Source: a virus
Lineage: Duplodnaviria; Caudoviricetes
DNA: 44,270 nucleotides
Virus record (IMG/VR): IMGVR_UViG_3300037782_000174
Span: 1 to 44,270 of that record
Strand: one strand, 5' to 3'
Below are positions 26,259 through 35,906 of this stretch, piece by piece. The position numbers were made by a program, and so were the translations under genes. The notes beneath the pieces were generated by a model that saw nothing but the letters and a program-made list of their open reading frames with translations, made no database searches and was not told the DNA's origin. Positions within the stretch are counted from its first letter, which is position 1; each line of letters starts with the position of its first letter.

Positions 26259-26516
26259 ATGTCAGTCGACAAACAGCACTCAGGCCTTCCCGTCTTCGGC
26301 TACCGGCCGCAGAGCGATGACAAGATCAGTATCGTCAACACCAACAAGCAGATCGAAGAGAGCGTTCTGCGCCAGCTCGACGCTCTTGCCGCGCAGGGTG
26401 ATATTGACAAGCGCTGGCTGGCGATCGGTCGCACGCAGATCGAGCAGGGCTTCATGGCGGTGAACCGCGCCGTGTTCCAGCCGGATCGCGTCGAGCTTCT
26501 CGGCGAAAAGGGCTGA
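26259..26516 (+). CDS. acb2: Acb2/Tad1-like cyclic-nucleotide sponge (anti-CBASS)
   Basis: GYR.......I...N..K and RWLAIGRTQIEQGFMAVNRAVFQP match the Acb2 pattern GYR..N..K...RWLAIG.T....G.MA..RA..QP. Confidence 0.8.
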   Translation: MSVDKQHSGLPVFGYRPQSDDKISIVNTNKQIEESVLRQLDALAAQGDIDKRWLAIGRTQIEQGFMAVNRAVFQPDRVELLGEKG

Positions 26517-26518
26517 CC

Positions 26519-26938
26519 ATGCCCTACGCCACGCAGGCACAGCTGGAGCAGGTCTGGGGCGAAGGGTTCGTCACTGGCATCTTGCCAGAAGATGTCGAGC
26601 CCGCCGACGCAGTTGCAAGTGCGCTCCAGTCCGCTAGTGATGAGATCGATGTCTATTTGTCGGTGCGCTATCCGCTGCCGCTTGAAGCCGCGCCTGCCTC
26701 GCTGGTGACACCGGCCGCCAACATCGCCGTCTACATTCTTGCCAACCGCCACACCGCGCTCACCGAGACGATCGAGGAGCGCTACAAGCAGACGATCAAG
26801 ATGCTGGAGCGCATCGCGGACGGCAAAGCCGGGCTCGGCCAGGACGAGCCGAAGGTCAGCACCGGCGAGGATGGCTCGGCCGGTGGCGCTGCCTTCTCCG
26901 CCAATGACCGCATCTTTTCGCGGCGCACATTGCCATGA
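26519..26938 (+). CDS. Head-tail connector (Mu gp36/DUF1320)
   Basis: MPYAT, ASDEIDVYL..RYPLPL and L..IADGK motifs. Confidence 0.88.
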   Translation: MPYATQAQLEQVWGEGFVTGILPEDVEPADAVASALQSASDEIDVYLSVRYPLPLEAAPASLVTPAANIAVYILANRHTALTETIEERYKQTIKMLERIADGKAGLGQDEPKVSTGEDGSAGGAAFSANDRIFSRRTLP

Positions 26939-27414
26939 GCGGCGTCGCCCTCGAAATCACCGAGACCGGCCTGACCGAGGCGCTGCTTACGATCGACGGC
27001 ATCGCCGAAGCGCCGACTGGCGAGCTGATGGAGGGCATTGGCCGGCTGGTGCAGGAGCAGACGCGCCGCCGCATCGAGCAGGAGAAGACGTCGCCAGCGG
27101 GTGCAGCCTGGCAGCCGAACCGTGCCGGCACGTCGATCCTCTTTCAGTCCGGCGCCCTGTCACGTTCCATCGACTATGCGGCCGGCGAGGACAGCGTCCA
27201 GGTCGGCTCCGGCCTGGTCTATGCGCGCATTCATCAGGACGGCGGAACCATCCGCCCGAAGAATGCGAAAGCCCTGGTCTTTCAGATGGGCAATCAGCTG
27301 GTCTTCGCCCGCTCGGTCGACATTCCGGCCAGGCCTTATCTCGGCCTGTCGGCCGACAACCAGAACGAGGTGGTCGAGGCGGCCGAGGACTGGCTTGAAA
27401 GGCTGGTTCAATGA
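26935..27414 (+). CDS. Virion morphogenesis / tail completion protein (Mu G, P2 S family)
   Basis: YARIHQDGG and IPARPYLGLS motifs. Confidence 0.88.
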   Translation: MSGVALEITETGLTEALLTIDGIAEAPTGELMEGIGRLVQEQTRRRIEQEKTSPAGAAWQPNRAGTSILFQSGALSRSIDYAAGEDSVQVGSGLVYARIHQDGGTIRPKNAKALVFQMGNQLVFARSVDIPARPYLGLSADNQNEVVEAAEDWLERLVQ

Positions 27415-27953
27415 GCGATGCGATCGCCCGCATCAACGAATATCGCGCCGCCGTGGTCGCCGCGGTGAGCACAGCCATGCCGTTTCTGCGCGAATGCGAG
27501 GAGCAGTTCGGCCGCTTCAACCTCGACGAGCTGGAGCGCGAATCGGTCAAGACGCCGGCAGTGCGCGTCGCCGTGCTGAAGGCGAAGGTGACCAACGCGG
27601 CGTCAGGCCATGCAGACGCAATGCTCAGCTGCGCCGCCTTCGTCATCACGGATGGCAAGGACCGCGACGCAGCCGGCTGGACGATCGCCGAGGCGGTCGC
27701 GGTGCTTCTGCACTCCTCGCAACTTTTCGGCCTGACGAGGCTCGGAGCACCGTCTGGTGTGGAGATCATGCCGGCGCTGACCGTCAAGCTGAAGCAGCGG
27801 GCGGTGTCGCTGATCGCGGTCGAATGGAACCAGGAAGTGCGCCAGCTCGGGGCCACCATCTTCGACGAGGGCCACGTCCTCGAGGAGCTCTATGTCAACG
27901 ACGAGGAAGTCGACCTTGATGAGCTGGCCGGTGGCGGAGGCGAAGGCGCATGA
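27411..27953 (+). CDS. Tail terminator-like protein (Mu gp37 position)
   Basis: ATGA coupling; GRFNL.EL...S..TPAVRVA; position. Confidence 0.65.
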   Translation: MSDAIARINEYRAAVVAAVSTAMPFLRECEEQFGRFNLDELERESVKTPAVRVAVLKAKVTNAASGHADAMLSCAAFVITDGKDRDAAGWTIAEAVAVLLHSSQLFGLTRLGAPSGVEIMPALTVKLKQRAVSLIAVEWNQEVRQLGATIFDEGHVLEELYVNDEEVDLDELAGGGGEGA

Positions 27954-28483
27954 GTGGGATGACCGAACTACGGCGCGTCACTTCCGAGTTCCGCGGCATC
28001 TTCAAGGCGATCGACGATCTCAACCGCCGGGCGGCGGCCACGGTGTTGTCCGGCAAGGTCAGGGAGATCGATGGCGACTATGTCCGCCTGGAGTTGCTCC
28101 CGCCCGACAGCCGCACTGGAAAGCCGTTCCTGTCGCCTAAAGTGCTTGTGCAGGAAATGGCCGGTCGCACAGGATCGCGCTTCCCGGTCAAGGTCGGTGA
28201 CCCGATGCGGCTTCTTTCGCCCAATGGCGAGATCGGATCGCAGTCGCTGGCGATCCGCGACGGCTACACCGAAGACGCGCCGGCGCCGGGCGACGATCCA
28301 GACGAATTCGTTCTGGCCCATGGCGGCGTTTCGATCCGCATCAAGGATGGCCAGCTGCGCTTGGTCGCGGACGAGATCGCCGCCGAGGGCGCCGCGCTCA
28401 CCCACAATTCCAAGAATGTCGGTCACGACCACCGTCATGGCGAAGTCATGCCGGGCGGTGGGCAGACCGGCGTGCCGCAATGA
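27950..28483 (+). CDS. Baseplate spike (P2 gpV-like)
   Basis: VGDPMRLLSPNG and a C-terminal HRH metal-binding tip (GHDHRHGEV..GG..TGVP). Confidence 0.85.
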   Translation: MSGMTELRRVTSEFRGIFKAIDDLNRRAAATVLSGKVREIDGDYVRLELLPPDSRTGKPFLSPKVLVQEMAGRTGSRFPVKVGDPMRLLSPNGEIGSQSLAIRDGYTEDAPAPGDDPDEFVLAHGGVSIRIKDGQLRLVADEIAAEGAALTHNSKNVGHDHRHGEVMPGGGQTGVPQ

Positions 28484-28695
28484 GAAAGGACGGCTTGAGG
28501 ATGAAGAAAACCGATTTTGAAGTGACCGAAATGGCCGGCGCTTTTGTCGCCGGCCAGCGCTCGCCAGGCGTCGGCAAGAAGATCGCGCTCACCGAGGAGC
28601 AGGCCGAATACGCCCTGCGCGCCGGTGAGATCATCCGGCCCGGCCAGGCATCGAAGAAAACCAAACAGACCAAACCGGATACGCCGGCCGAATGA
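28480..28695 (+). CDS. Small hypothetical baseplate-region protein
   Basis: Coupled ORF; LTEEQAEYAL..G.I. Confidence 0.65.
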   Translation: MRKDGLRMKKTDFEVTEMAGAFVAGQRSPGVGKKIALTEEQAEYALRAGEIIRPGQASKKTKQTKPDTPAE

Positions 28696-29084
28696 GCACA
28701 CGCGCGGGCATAGACGCTTCGACAGGCGCTGTGCTGACCGGCTGGGACCATTGCGCCCAGTCGATCGGCAAATGCCTGACCACGCGCCGTGCCTCGCGCG
28801 TCATTCGCCGCCATCTCGGCTGCCTGGTGCCGGAGCTCCAGGATCAGAACGCCGACGCCGGCACCATCCTCGCTGCCTATGTCGCGATCGCCGAGGCACT
28901 CAACGACCCGGATGGCGGCGAGCCCGGCTTCAACCTGACCGGCATCGACCTTGCCGCCAGCGGCCGCAACGGCCGCTTCATGTTCATCCTTTCGGGCGAA
29001 TATTTCCCGCTCGGGCATCTGGGCGACTTCTCCATCCGCGAGGACCGTTCTCAGTCGTTTGCCCTTGAGGGCTTCGTGCAATGA
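28692..29084 (+). CDS. Baseplate protein W / gp25-like
   Basis: GIDASTG..LTGWDH..QSI..LTT...SRVIRR..G. Confidence 0.88.
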   Translation: MSTRAGIDASTGAVLTGWDHCAQSIGKCLTTRRASRVIRRHLGCLVPELQDQNADAGTILAAYVAIAEALNDPDGGEPGFNLTGIDLAASGRNGRFMFILSGEYFPLGHLGDFSIREDRSQSFALEGFVQ

Positions 29085-29944
29085 GCAGGCTGCCGCCCGA
29101 ATATGCCGGCCTGCCGGCGCCCGCCATCATCGAAGAGATCGACATCGAGGCGCTGCTCACGGCGAAAGTCGGGCGGCTGCAGAACAATTTCGACGTGGCC
29201 GGGCTGCCATACACGGTCTCGACCAGTGAATATGACCCGGCGGTCATCCAGTTGCAGGGGGCTGCCTATGACGATGCGCGCCTGCGGCAGCGCATCAACG
29301 AAGCGGTGCGTGCCAATCTGCTAGCCTTTGCACTCGGTTCCGATCTCGACCAACTCGGCGCGTTCCATAGCGTGGTCCGAATGGCCGGCGAGGATGACGA
29401 TCGCTACGCCTACCGCATCGTACTGAAGAACGCCGACCGCAATTCAGGCGGCACCGCGCCTCGCATCGAGTTCCTGGCCATGTCGGCCGACATTCGCGTG
29501 AAGGACGTGGTGGCCTACACGATTGGCCGCAGCCCGGTCATTCACCTGCCGGTCCTGTCGATCGACAACAATGGCGTTGCTGATGCTGCGCTGCTTGCAG
29601 CCGTTGATGGCGCGGTCAACGACCCTTCCAACCGCATGATCAACGACACGATCGAGCCGAAGGCTGCTGTGCAGCAGGTGGTCGATATTGCGGCCGATGT
29701 CTGGCTCCTGCCTGATGCACCGACAAGCGATGTCGATGCCATCGAACCTGCAATGCGGATGGCCTGGGCAGAGGACGGCAAGCTCGGCCGTGATCTTACA
29801 CTGTCCTGGTTGTCGGCCCAGCTGCAGCGTGGCGGTGTCCAGCGCGTCGAAATCATGGCACCGGCCGCCGCCGTCGAAGCGCCGTTCGACCAGGCGATCG
29901 CAATCGGCGACGTAACGCTGATATTCAAGGGGCGGGCCTATTGA
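29081..29944 (+). CDS. Baseplate J-like protein
   Basis: LPAPAIIE and RQRINEA.RA.LLAFA.GSDLDQLG motifs. Confidence 0.9.
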   Translation: MSRLPPEYAGLPAPAIIEEIDIEALLTAKVGRLQNNFDVAGLPYTVSTSEYDPAVIQLQGAAYDDARLRQRINEAVRANLLAFALGSDLDQLGAFHSVVRMAGEDDDRYAYRIVLKNADRNSGGTAPRIEFLAMSADIRVKDVVAYTIGRSPVIHLPVLSIDNNGVADAALLAAVDGAVNDPSNRMINDTIEPKAAVQQVVDIAADVWLLPDAPTSDVDAIEPAMRMAWAEDGKLGRDLTLSWLSAQLQRGGVQRVEIMAPAAAVEAPFDQAIAIGDVTLIFKGRAY

Positions 29945-31077
29945 TGAGCGCCGATCTGCTGCCCATCAATTCCACCGCATGGGAGCGCGCCGTTGCCGAC
30001 GCGGCCGGCTACCGGCCGGCGATCGAGGAGGCGGTGCCCAACGTCAAGCGCGCCAAGCTGATCGTCCGCCCGCCGGCCTTCCTGCCGTTCCTGCACTATG
30101 AGTACGGGCTGCGCGAGCTGGCGATCTATCTGCCCAACCCCTACGAACTGATCGATCAGGGGCGTGCCTGGCAGGAGCTGCGCGGAACAAAACCGGCGAT
30201 CGATCTCGGCCTGTCATGGCTCGGCTACGAAGCGGAGCTTGAAGAAAACCCGACCGAGCGCAATTTCTGGAACGCCTTCAGCCTGATCTTCACCGAGCTG
30301 CCTGCCAATGACGATCCGCTGCTTGAGCGTATCGAGGGCATTGCCTCATTGTCGGTGCCGATGCGCTCAAAGTTCCGCCGCGGCGTCCATGGCTACGATG
30401 TCCGCGCGCTGGAGGGCGAGTATTCGCGTCTCGACAACGCCATGCTCGACTGGTCGAGCGGTATCAAGGCAACGCTAGGCACGCGGCATTTCCCGGAGGG
30501 CGCAATCTGGTCCTTCGGCCGAACCCACGAGATCGATCACCTCTACACCGAGACAGAAGGCGCGGCGCTGGGCAACTGGCTGGAACCGGTCGAAGGCGAT
30601 CCGCTTGCATGGGTCGAGATGACCTATCCATGGATCGATGCAACATTCCCCTGGGCGGCAAGCGCCGAAGTCCAGCGCCGCGCTTTGCTAGCCGGCTGGT
30701 TCGCCGCGCGGCCGATCTATCTCGCCTTGCGTGACATTGAAGGCGCGACGATCGGCTACCGGAGGTGCCGGGCGGTGCGTCCGGTGAACGCCAGCTTCGG
30801 CGGCGCATATTCATTCGCCGGAACCGACTACGAGCCGACACCCGGCGGCAGCCGCCTCTATGTCGAGGCCATGACCGATTTCGAAAATGCCGATGCGGTC
30901 GACGTGGCGGAGGTGGCGCTGCTGGTTGATCCCGACCGGGCTGAAGGCGTGCCGCCCGGCCGGCTCTGGCTGCAACCCGGCGATCTTTCCGGCGGTGTGG
31001 AGTTCGCGGTCACCGATATCTCGGTTCCGCTTCGCAAGACTGTACGAGACCGTTTCAAATTCTTGGTGAGGTTCTGA
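29944..31077 (+). CDS. Baseplate/tail protein (P2 gpI-like, extended)
   Basis: LLPINSTAWERA, FLPFL..EYGL and RGT..AI..GL..LG motifs. Confidence 0.8.
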   Translation: MSADLLPINSTAWERAVADAAGYRPAIEEAVPNVKRAKLIVRPPAFLPFLHYEYGLRELAIYLPNPYELIDQGRAWQELRGTKPAIDLGLSWLGYEAELEENPTERNFWNAFSLIFTELPANDDPLLERIEGIASLSVPMRSKFRRGVHGYDVRALEGEYSRLDNAMLDWSSGIKATLGTRHFPEGAIWSFGRTHEIDHLYTETEGAALGNWLEPVEGDPLAWVEMTYPWIDATFPWAASAEVQRRALLAGWFAARPIYLALRDIEGATIGYRRCRAVRPVNASFGGAYSFAGTDYEPTPGGSRLYVEAMTDFENADAVDVAEVALLVDPDRAEGVPPGRLWLQPGDLSGGVEFAVTDISVPLRKTVRDRFKFLVRF

Positions 31078-34000
31078 TGGCGCATGAACATGAGAGCGGC
31101 CTGCCGCTGGCATTCGATCGGGCAAAGGCGCACCCAGAATGGCAGGGCCTCGTCTTCCATGGCCGCCGGCCGCTCATCCAGGCCGCCGAGTTGACCGAGC
31201 TTCAGACTGTCACGCGCGCCCGCCAGGCCCGTCTTGGCAGGCTGATTGCCAGCGACGGCGACCGCTATAAAGGCGCTGACGCTCTGGTCGATACTGACGC
31301 CGGCACGGTCACGCTCACAGCAGGTGAAATCTATGTCAGCGGCGACGTGCTTCCTGTGGCGGCCGCTGTGCTTGTCGGCGTGCCCATGGTGGGGCGCACA
31401 ACCATCGGCGTGCGGCTGGTCAAAAGCTGGATCACGGCGGAGCACGATCAGACACTTCACGGCCTGGTTCCCGGCTCCGACGCCGAGCTGGAGCCGGGTG
31501 CGGCCCGCGAAGTTCACACTATCAGCTGGGCCATAGAGGGTGACGAAGGAGAAGGCGCCTATCACCCGGTCTATCTGCTCCAGGACGGGACCATCCTCGA
31601 CCAGACGCCGCCACCGGCGCTTGACGGCATCATGCAGGGCCTGGCGCTCTATGATCGGCCACACGGCCACTACATCGTCAAAGGCTGCGAGGTGACGGCG
31701 CTCGGCGCTTCGGCCGGCGCGCAGGTGTTTTCGGTCGGCCAGGGCGAGGCCAACATCAACGGCTTCAAGATCACCCGCTTTGCCTCTCTACGGCATGCCG
31801 AGCCGGAGGATTGGGACGTGGGTGCCGTGCCCGGCGAGACCCACATCTACCCTGGCGGGGCCGATCACACCTTCGCCGTCGATCAGTTCCCGATCGACGA
31901 AATCACTTCGATCCTGCTCACCAAGGAAAAGACTGTCGCCGTGACCCGCGGTGCTATTGCCCACGGGCCAGATGGCCTGCCCGACACTTCGGTCATTGAG
32001 ATTGTCGAAGTTGTGCAGGACGCGACCACCTATGTGGAGGGGGCCGACTATGTTCGCACGGGCAATAGCGTCGACTGGGCGCCCGCCGGTGCCGAACCAG
32101 CCGGAGGGTCGAGCTACAACGTCACCTACCGCTACCGCGACAGCGTCGAGGCTGACGCCTTTGACGATCGCGAAATTACGGTTTCCGGCGGTGCTGATGG
32201 CGGTGACATCATCGTCGCCTATACCTGGAAGCTGCCACGCATCGACCGGCTCTGCATCAACGAAGCCGGCCAGCCGGTCTATGTGAAGGGCGTTTCGGCT
32301 GCTGCAAATCCCTGGCCGCCCGTGCCGCCCAGCCAGCTTCTTCCGCTTGCCGACATTCGCAATGACTGGATGGCTGCTCCGCATGTCACCAACAGCCGGG
32401 TGAAGTCGATCGACTGGGAAACGATGTGGCGGTTCTTCGACATGCTGGAGGACCATTCGCGCCTGCTTCAGCTGGAGCGCATCAAGTCGGGGATCGACGC
32501 GCGCGACCCGACAGCGCACCGTGACATGTTCGTGGATTCGCTGGTCGATGACAGCATGCGCGATGCGGGTGAAGCGCAGACCGGCGTGGTCGGCGACGGC
32601 ATGTTGCAACTGCCAATCGAAGTGACCGTTCATTTCGGCGATCTCGCCACGCCGGTCATGCTTGACCATGAGGAAGAGGTGCTGGTCGAGCAAGACCTGA
32701 AGACGCTTTGCACCGAGATCAACCCGTACCAGAACTTCACGCCGCTGCCGGGTGCGCTGGCGCTCACGCCGGCAACGGATTTCTGGACGGCCAGCCAGGT
32801 CGAATGGGCGTCACCGACGACGCTTGAGTTCAACCGCGGCGTCGCGCAGGCCGGCTCCCCGCTTCAGACTTCTTCCACGACGACCCAGCTTGCCGCCAGG
32901 CGAAGGGAGGCCGCGCAATTCCTGCGCCAAATCGATGTCGCTTTCACCATTCGCGGCTTTGGTGCCGGCGAAATACTCGACGTGCTGACCTTCGACGGCA
33001 TCGACGTGAAGCCGGCGGGCGAAATCCAGGCGGATGGTGCCGGCGTCATTTCCGACAGCTTCACCATCCCCGCCAATGTGCCGGCCGGCACCAAGGTGAT
33101 CCGTGCCGAGGGACAGGGCGGCACCTGGGCGCAGGCGCAGTTTACGGGGGCAGGCACAATCACGATCGACACGATGCGCCGTGTTACGACGATCGAGCGC
33201 TGGACCGCGCCGCCGGTGGTTGCGATGTGGGGCGGTGGCGGCGGCTGGCTGGATCGGGATGCAAACGGCTTCGGTGGCTTCGGCGGGTCGGACCCGCAGG
33301 CGCAAATTTTCACTATGCCGGAGCTACGCCAGCTGGTTGGCGTGGACTTTCATCTCTGCGCGATCGGCGAGCCAACCGACGCGATCGTCGTTCACCAGGT
33401 CGAGGTAGAAAATTCGATCCCGGTGCCCAGCCCGATGGCGGAAGCCTTCGTTGATATGTCGGCTGCCGAGGAAGGCTGGATCGAGGCGCGCTACAATTTC
33501 CCGGTGACCACGCCGGCGTCCAGGCAACATGCCTTCGTGGTCAAGACAGACGATCCAGACCACTCGATATCCGCCGCCGCGCTCGGCAGCTTCGATGCCG
33601 ACAAACAGCAATGGGTGACTGCGCACCCTTACCCGGTCGGGCCGCGCGCTTCCTCAGTCAACGCCGTCCAGTGGACCTTCCATCAGGACGAAGCGCTCGC
33701 CTTCCGCCTGGTTGCGGCGCGCTACCCGGTCACCGAGAAGGTGGTCGACCTCGGCGAAATCGACCTGGTCGATACATCGGACCTTCAGGTGCGTGCCGCC
33801 GTCGATCTGCCTTCATCGGAATGCAGCGTCGTCTTCGAGATCGAGCGCACCAACGGAACGATCTGGCGGCTTCTCCCCGACCAGGTGCTCCAGCTCAACG
33901 AGCATATCACCGAGACGGTGGAATTCCGGGCGGTACTGCGAGGCACCGAAAAACTGTCACCCGTGCTCTACGCCCCGGTCGAGCTTCTGGCCGGCAACAT

Positions 34001-34301
34001 TGCCGATGAGTTCACCTATGTCTCCAGAGCTTTTGCTCTGGGCGCGGATGTCGACCTGTCGGCTTACCTTTATGCCTTCCTGCCGGGCGGCGCGACGCTC
34101 ACCGTCGAATATGACGCGGCCGACGACAACTGGCAGCCGATGCCCCTCGATGAGACAGACCAGCTCGCCTTTCCGCTCTGGACCGACCGCAAATACGCCG
34201 CTGCGAACATCACGGCCGTGCAAGGCCGGCTGCGCATTACCGGCACCGGTGGCGCTGCCGCCAGGCTGATCGTCGGTAATCTCGGCGCGGCGAAGAAGTA
34301 G
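31077..34301 (+). CDS. Large DUF4815-like tail/baseplate structural protein
   Basis: 1074 aa; F..RPLIQAAELTELQ N-terminus; lies between baseplate and fibre genes. Confidence 0.75.
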   Translation: MAHEHESGLPLAFDRAKAHPEWQGLVFHGRRPLIQAAELTELQTVTRARQARLGRLIASDGDRYKGADALVDTDAGTVTLTAGEIYVSGDVLPVAAAVLVGVPMVGRTTIGVRLVKSWITAEHDQTLHGLVPGSDAELEPGAAREVHTISWAIEGDEGEGAYHPVYLLQDGTILDQTPPPALDGIMQGLALYDRPHGHYIVKGCEVTALGASAGAQVFSVGQGEANINGFKITRFASLRHAEPEDWDVGAVPGETHIYPGGADHTFAVDQFPIDEITSILLTKEKTVAVTRGAIAHGPDGLPDTSVIEIVEVVQDATTYVEGADYVRTGNSVDWAPAGAEPAGGSSYNVTYRYRDSVEADAFDDREITVSGGADGGDIIVAYTWKLPRIDRLCINEAGQPVYVKGVSAAANPWPPVPPSQLLPLADIRNDWMAAPHVTNSRVKSIDWETMWRFFDMLEDHSRLLQLERIKSGIDARDPTAHRDMFVDSLVDDSMRDAGEAQTGVVGDGMLQLPIEVTVHFGDLATPVMLDHEEEVLVEQDLKTLCTEINPYQNFTPLPGALALTPATDFWTASQVEWASPTTLEFNRGVAQAGSPLQTSSTTTQLAARRREAAQFLRQIDVAFTIRGFGAGEILDVLTFDGIDVKPAGEIQADGAGVISDSFTIPANVPAGTKVIRAEGQGGTWAQAQFTGAGTITIDTMRRVTTIERWTAPPVVAMWGGGGGWLDRDANGFGGFGGSDPQAQIFTMPELRQLVGVDFHLCAIGEPTDAIVVHQVEVENSIPVPSPMAEAFVDMSAAEEGWIEARYNFPVTTPASRQHAFVVKTDDPDHSISAAALGSFDADKQQWVTAHPYPVGPRASSVNAVQWTFHQDEALAFRLVAARYPVTEKVVDLGEIDLVDTSDLQVRAAVDLPSSECSVVFEIERTNGTIWRLLPDQVLQLNEHITETVEFRAVLRGTEKLSPVLYAPVELLAGNIADEFTYVSRAFALGADVDLSAYLYAFLPGGATLTVEYDAADDNWQPMPLDETDQLAFPLWTDRKYAAANITAVQGRLRITGTGGAAARLIVGNLGAAKK

Positions 34302-34312
34302 GAGCACAGGAC

Positions 34313-35353
34313 GTGGCCAATCTCACTGTCAACTTCAACTTCCCGAAGCCGGACCGGCTGGCCGACCCAGCTGAAAACGTCGATGAGGCCTTTGATGTCG
34401 TCGCCGCGGCGACCGATCAGGTGGACGCGCTGTTCAAGGCCCATGCCGATGCGATTGCGGGCAAGGCTGCAACCAACCACGTCCACACGATCGAAAACGT
34501 CACCGGCCTGCAGGACGCGCTCAATGCCAAGATGGCGGCAAATGCGACATTCGACCTCGACTGGCTGTCGAATGTCGCCGGAGCGGCCGCCGCGCCGGAT
34601 GGCTATGTGCTGATCAAGTCGGGCGGCGGCTGGATACCGGCCTCGGCGGCGGCGGCAATGGGCGCGCATGGGCACGCGATCGGAGAAGTGACGGGGCTGT
34701 CAACAGCGCTCTCTGGCCGGCTAGAGAAAGCGGACAATCTGGGTGCTTTGGCGGACAAGCCAGCTGCACTAAGCAATCTCGGCTTCTCGGAGTATGTTAA
34801 GTCGCTAAAGGCGGCAGCCAACGCGGCAGCCCTTCAGGCGGCCATAGGTCTCGGCGGCACTGTTTTGCAAGTGAAGACCGCCACGAAGACAGATACAGCC
34901 AGCTTTTCGTCGACTACCAACGATTTTACCACCTTTGGCCTGGCGGTCTCTATTTCGCCGAAACGCGCGACATCCAAAGTGCTGGTACTCGCTTTGCTGA
35001 ACATCAATGCGAACGTCGCGGGTGGCTCATTTACACTCGTAACCAGGCTGCAGAGAGGTGCGAACCCCATAGGTGTTGGTGATGCTTTAGGCGCTCGGCT
35101 ACAAGGCGGCGCCGCATTCCGAAAACGGGATGATGGCGCGGGCGGGCATGTCTTCGGCATGGAAAACGTGGCAATGATCGCGGTCGATACGCCCGGGAGC
35201 ACCGACGAGCAAACATATCAAGCTGCCGCGACCACAACGGTGACTTACCACAGCACAGTGTACGTCAATCGAACAGTCGCCGACCCGGATCAACCCTACG
35301 GTGCGCGCGCCTCTTCAACCATCGTTGCCGTTGAAGTCGGCGTGGAGGAGTGA
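34313..35353 (+). CDS. Tail fibre / receptor-binding protein
   Basis: HxH..I..V.GL fibre repeats (HVHTIENVTGL, HGHAIGEVTGL); beta-rich C-terminal domain. Confidence 0.75.
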   Translation: MANLTVNFNFPKPDRLADPAENVDEAFDVVAAATDQVDALFKAHADAIAGKAATNHVHTIENVTGLQDALNAKMAANATFDLDWLSNVAGAAAAPDGYVLIKSGGGWIPASAAAAMGAHGHAIGEVTGLSTALSGRLEKADNLGALADKPAALSNLGFSEYVKSLKAAANAAALQAAIGLGGTVLQVKTATKTDTASFSSTTNDFTTFGLAVSISPKRATSKVLVLALLNINANVAGGSFTLVTRLQRGANPIGVGDALGARLQGGAAFRKRDDGAGGHVFGMENVAMIAVDTPGSTDEQTYQAAATTTVTYHSTVYVNRTVADPDQPYGARASSTIVAVEVGVEE

Positions 35354-35356
35354 ACC

Positions 35357-35848
35357 ATGGATATCCCTGCTATCCTGCAGCAGATTCGCCCCGGCGCAAG
35401 CTGGTATCTCGCCGGCGAGAGCTATGAAGGCCTCGAATGGCGCGACGAGGTGCAGAGCAAACCCACTTTGAACGAGATTGAGGCTGCCTGGCCGCTGGGG
35501 CCTCTCGCTTCTGATATCAATGCCGAACGGGAACGCCGCATCCTCGCGGGCAAGACCTTCGCCATCACAGGCTATGGCGACATTCCGGTCGATGGTCGGC
35601 CGACCACTCAGCTCAACCTGCTGGCACTGAAGGACACGGCTCGCGACCTCAAGGCCGCCAACGTGACAGGTGCCGTCATCCCGTTCCGCGATACAGAAAA
35701 CAACCAGCACATGCTCTCGGCAGACCAGGTCATCGAACTGGTCAACGTAGGCAAGGCCTATGTCCAAGGGCTGTATTCCGCTTCCTGGGCGATCAAGCTT
35801 ATGGACCCAGTCCCCGACGACTTTGCAGACGACAGCCACTGGCCGTGA
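35357..35848 (+). CDS. Tail fibre assembly/chaperone (DUF4376-like)
   Basis: INAERERRI..G, FRD.EN....LSA.QV and VPDDFADDSHWP motifs; follows the fibre gene. Confidence 0.75.
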   Translation: MDIPAILQQIRPGASWYLAGESYEGLEWRDEVQSKPTLNEIEAAWPLGPLASDINAERERRILAGKTFAITGYGDIPVDGRPTTQLNLLALKDTARDLKAANVTGAVIPFRDTENNQHMLSADQVIELVNVGKAYVQGLYSASWAIKLMDPVPDDFADDSHWP

Positions 35849-35854
35849 TCGCTC

Positions 35855-35883
35855 TTGGATTTATGCCGGCCCACGGTTACTTT
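35855..35883 (+). promoter_or_regulatory. Sigma70-like promoter of the moron gene
   Basis: TTGGAT, 17 bp, TACTTT. Confidence 0.5.
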
Positions 35884-35906
35884 CCAGCGTGGCGGAGTTG
35901 CGGCAA

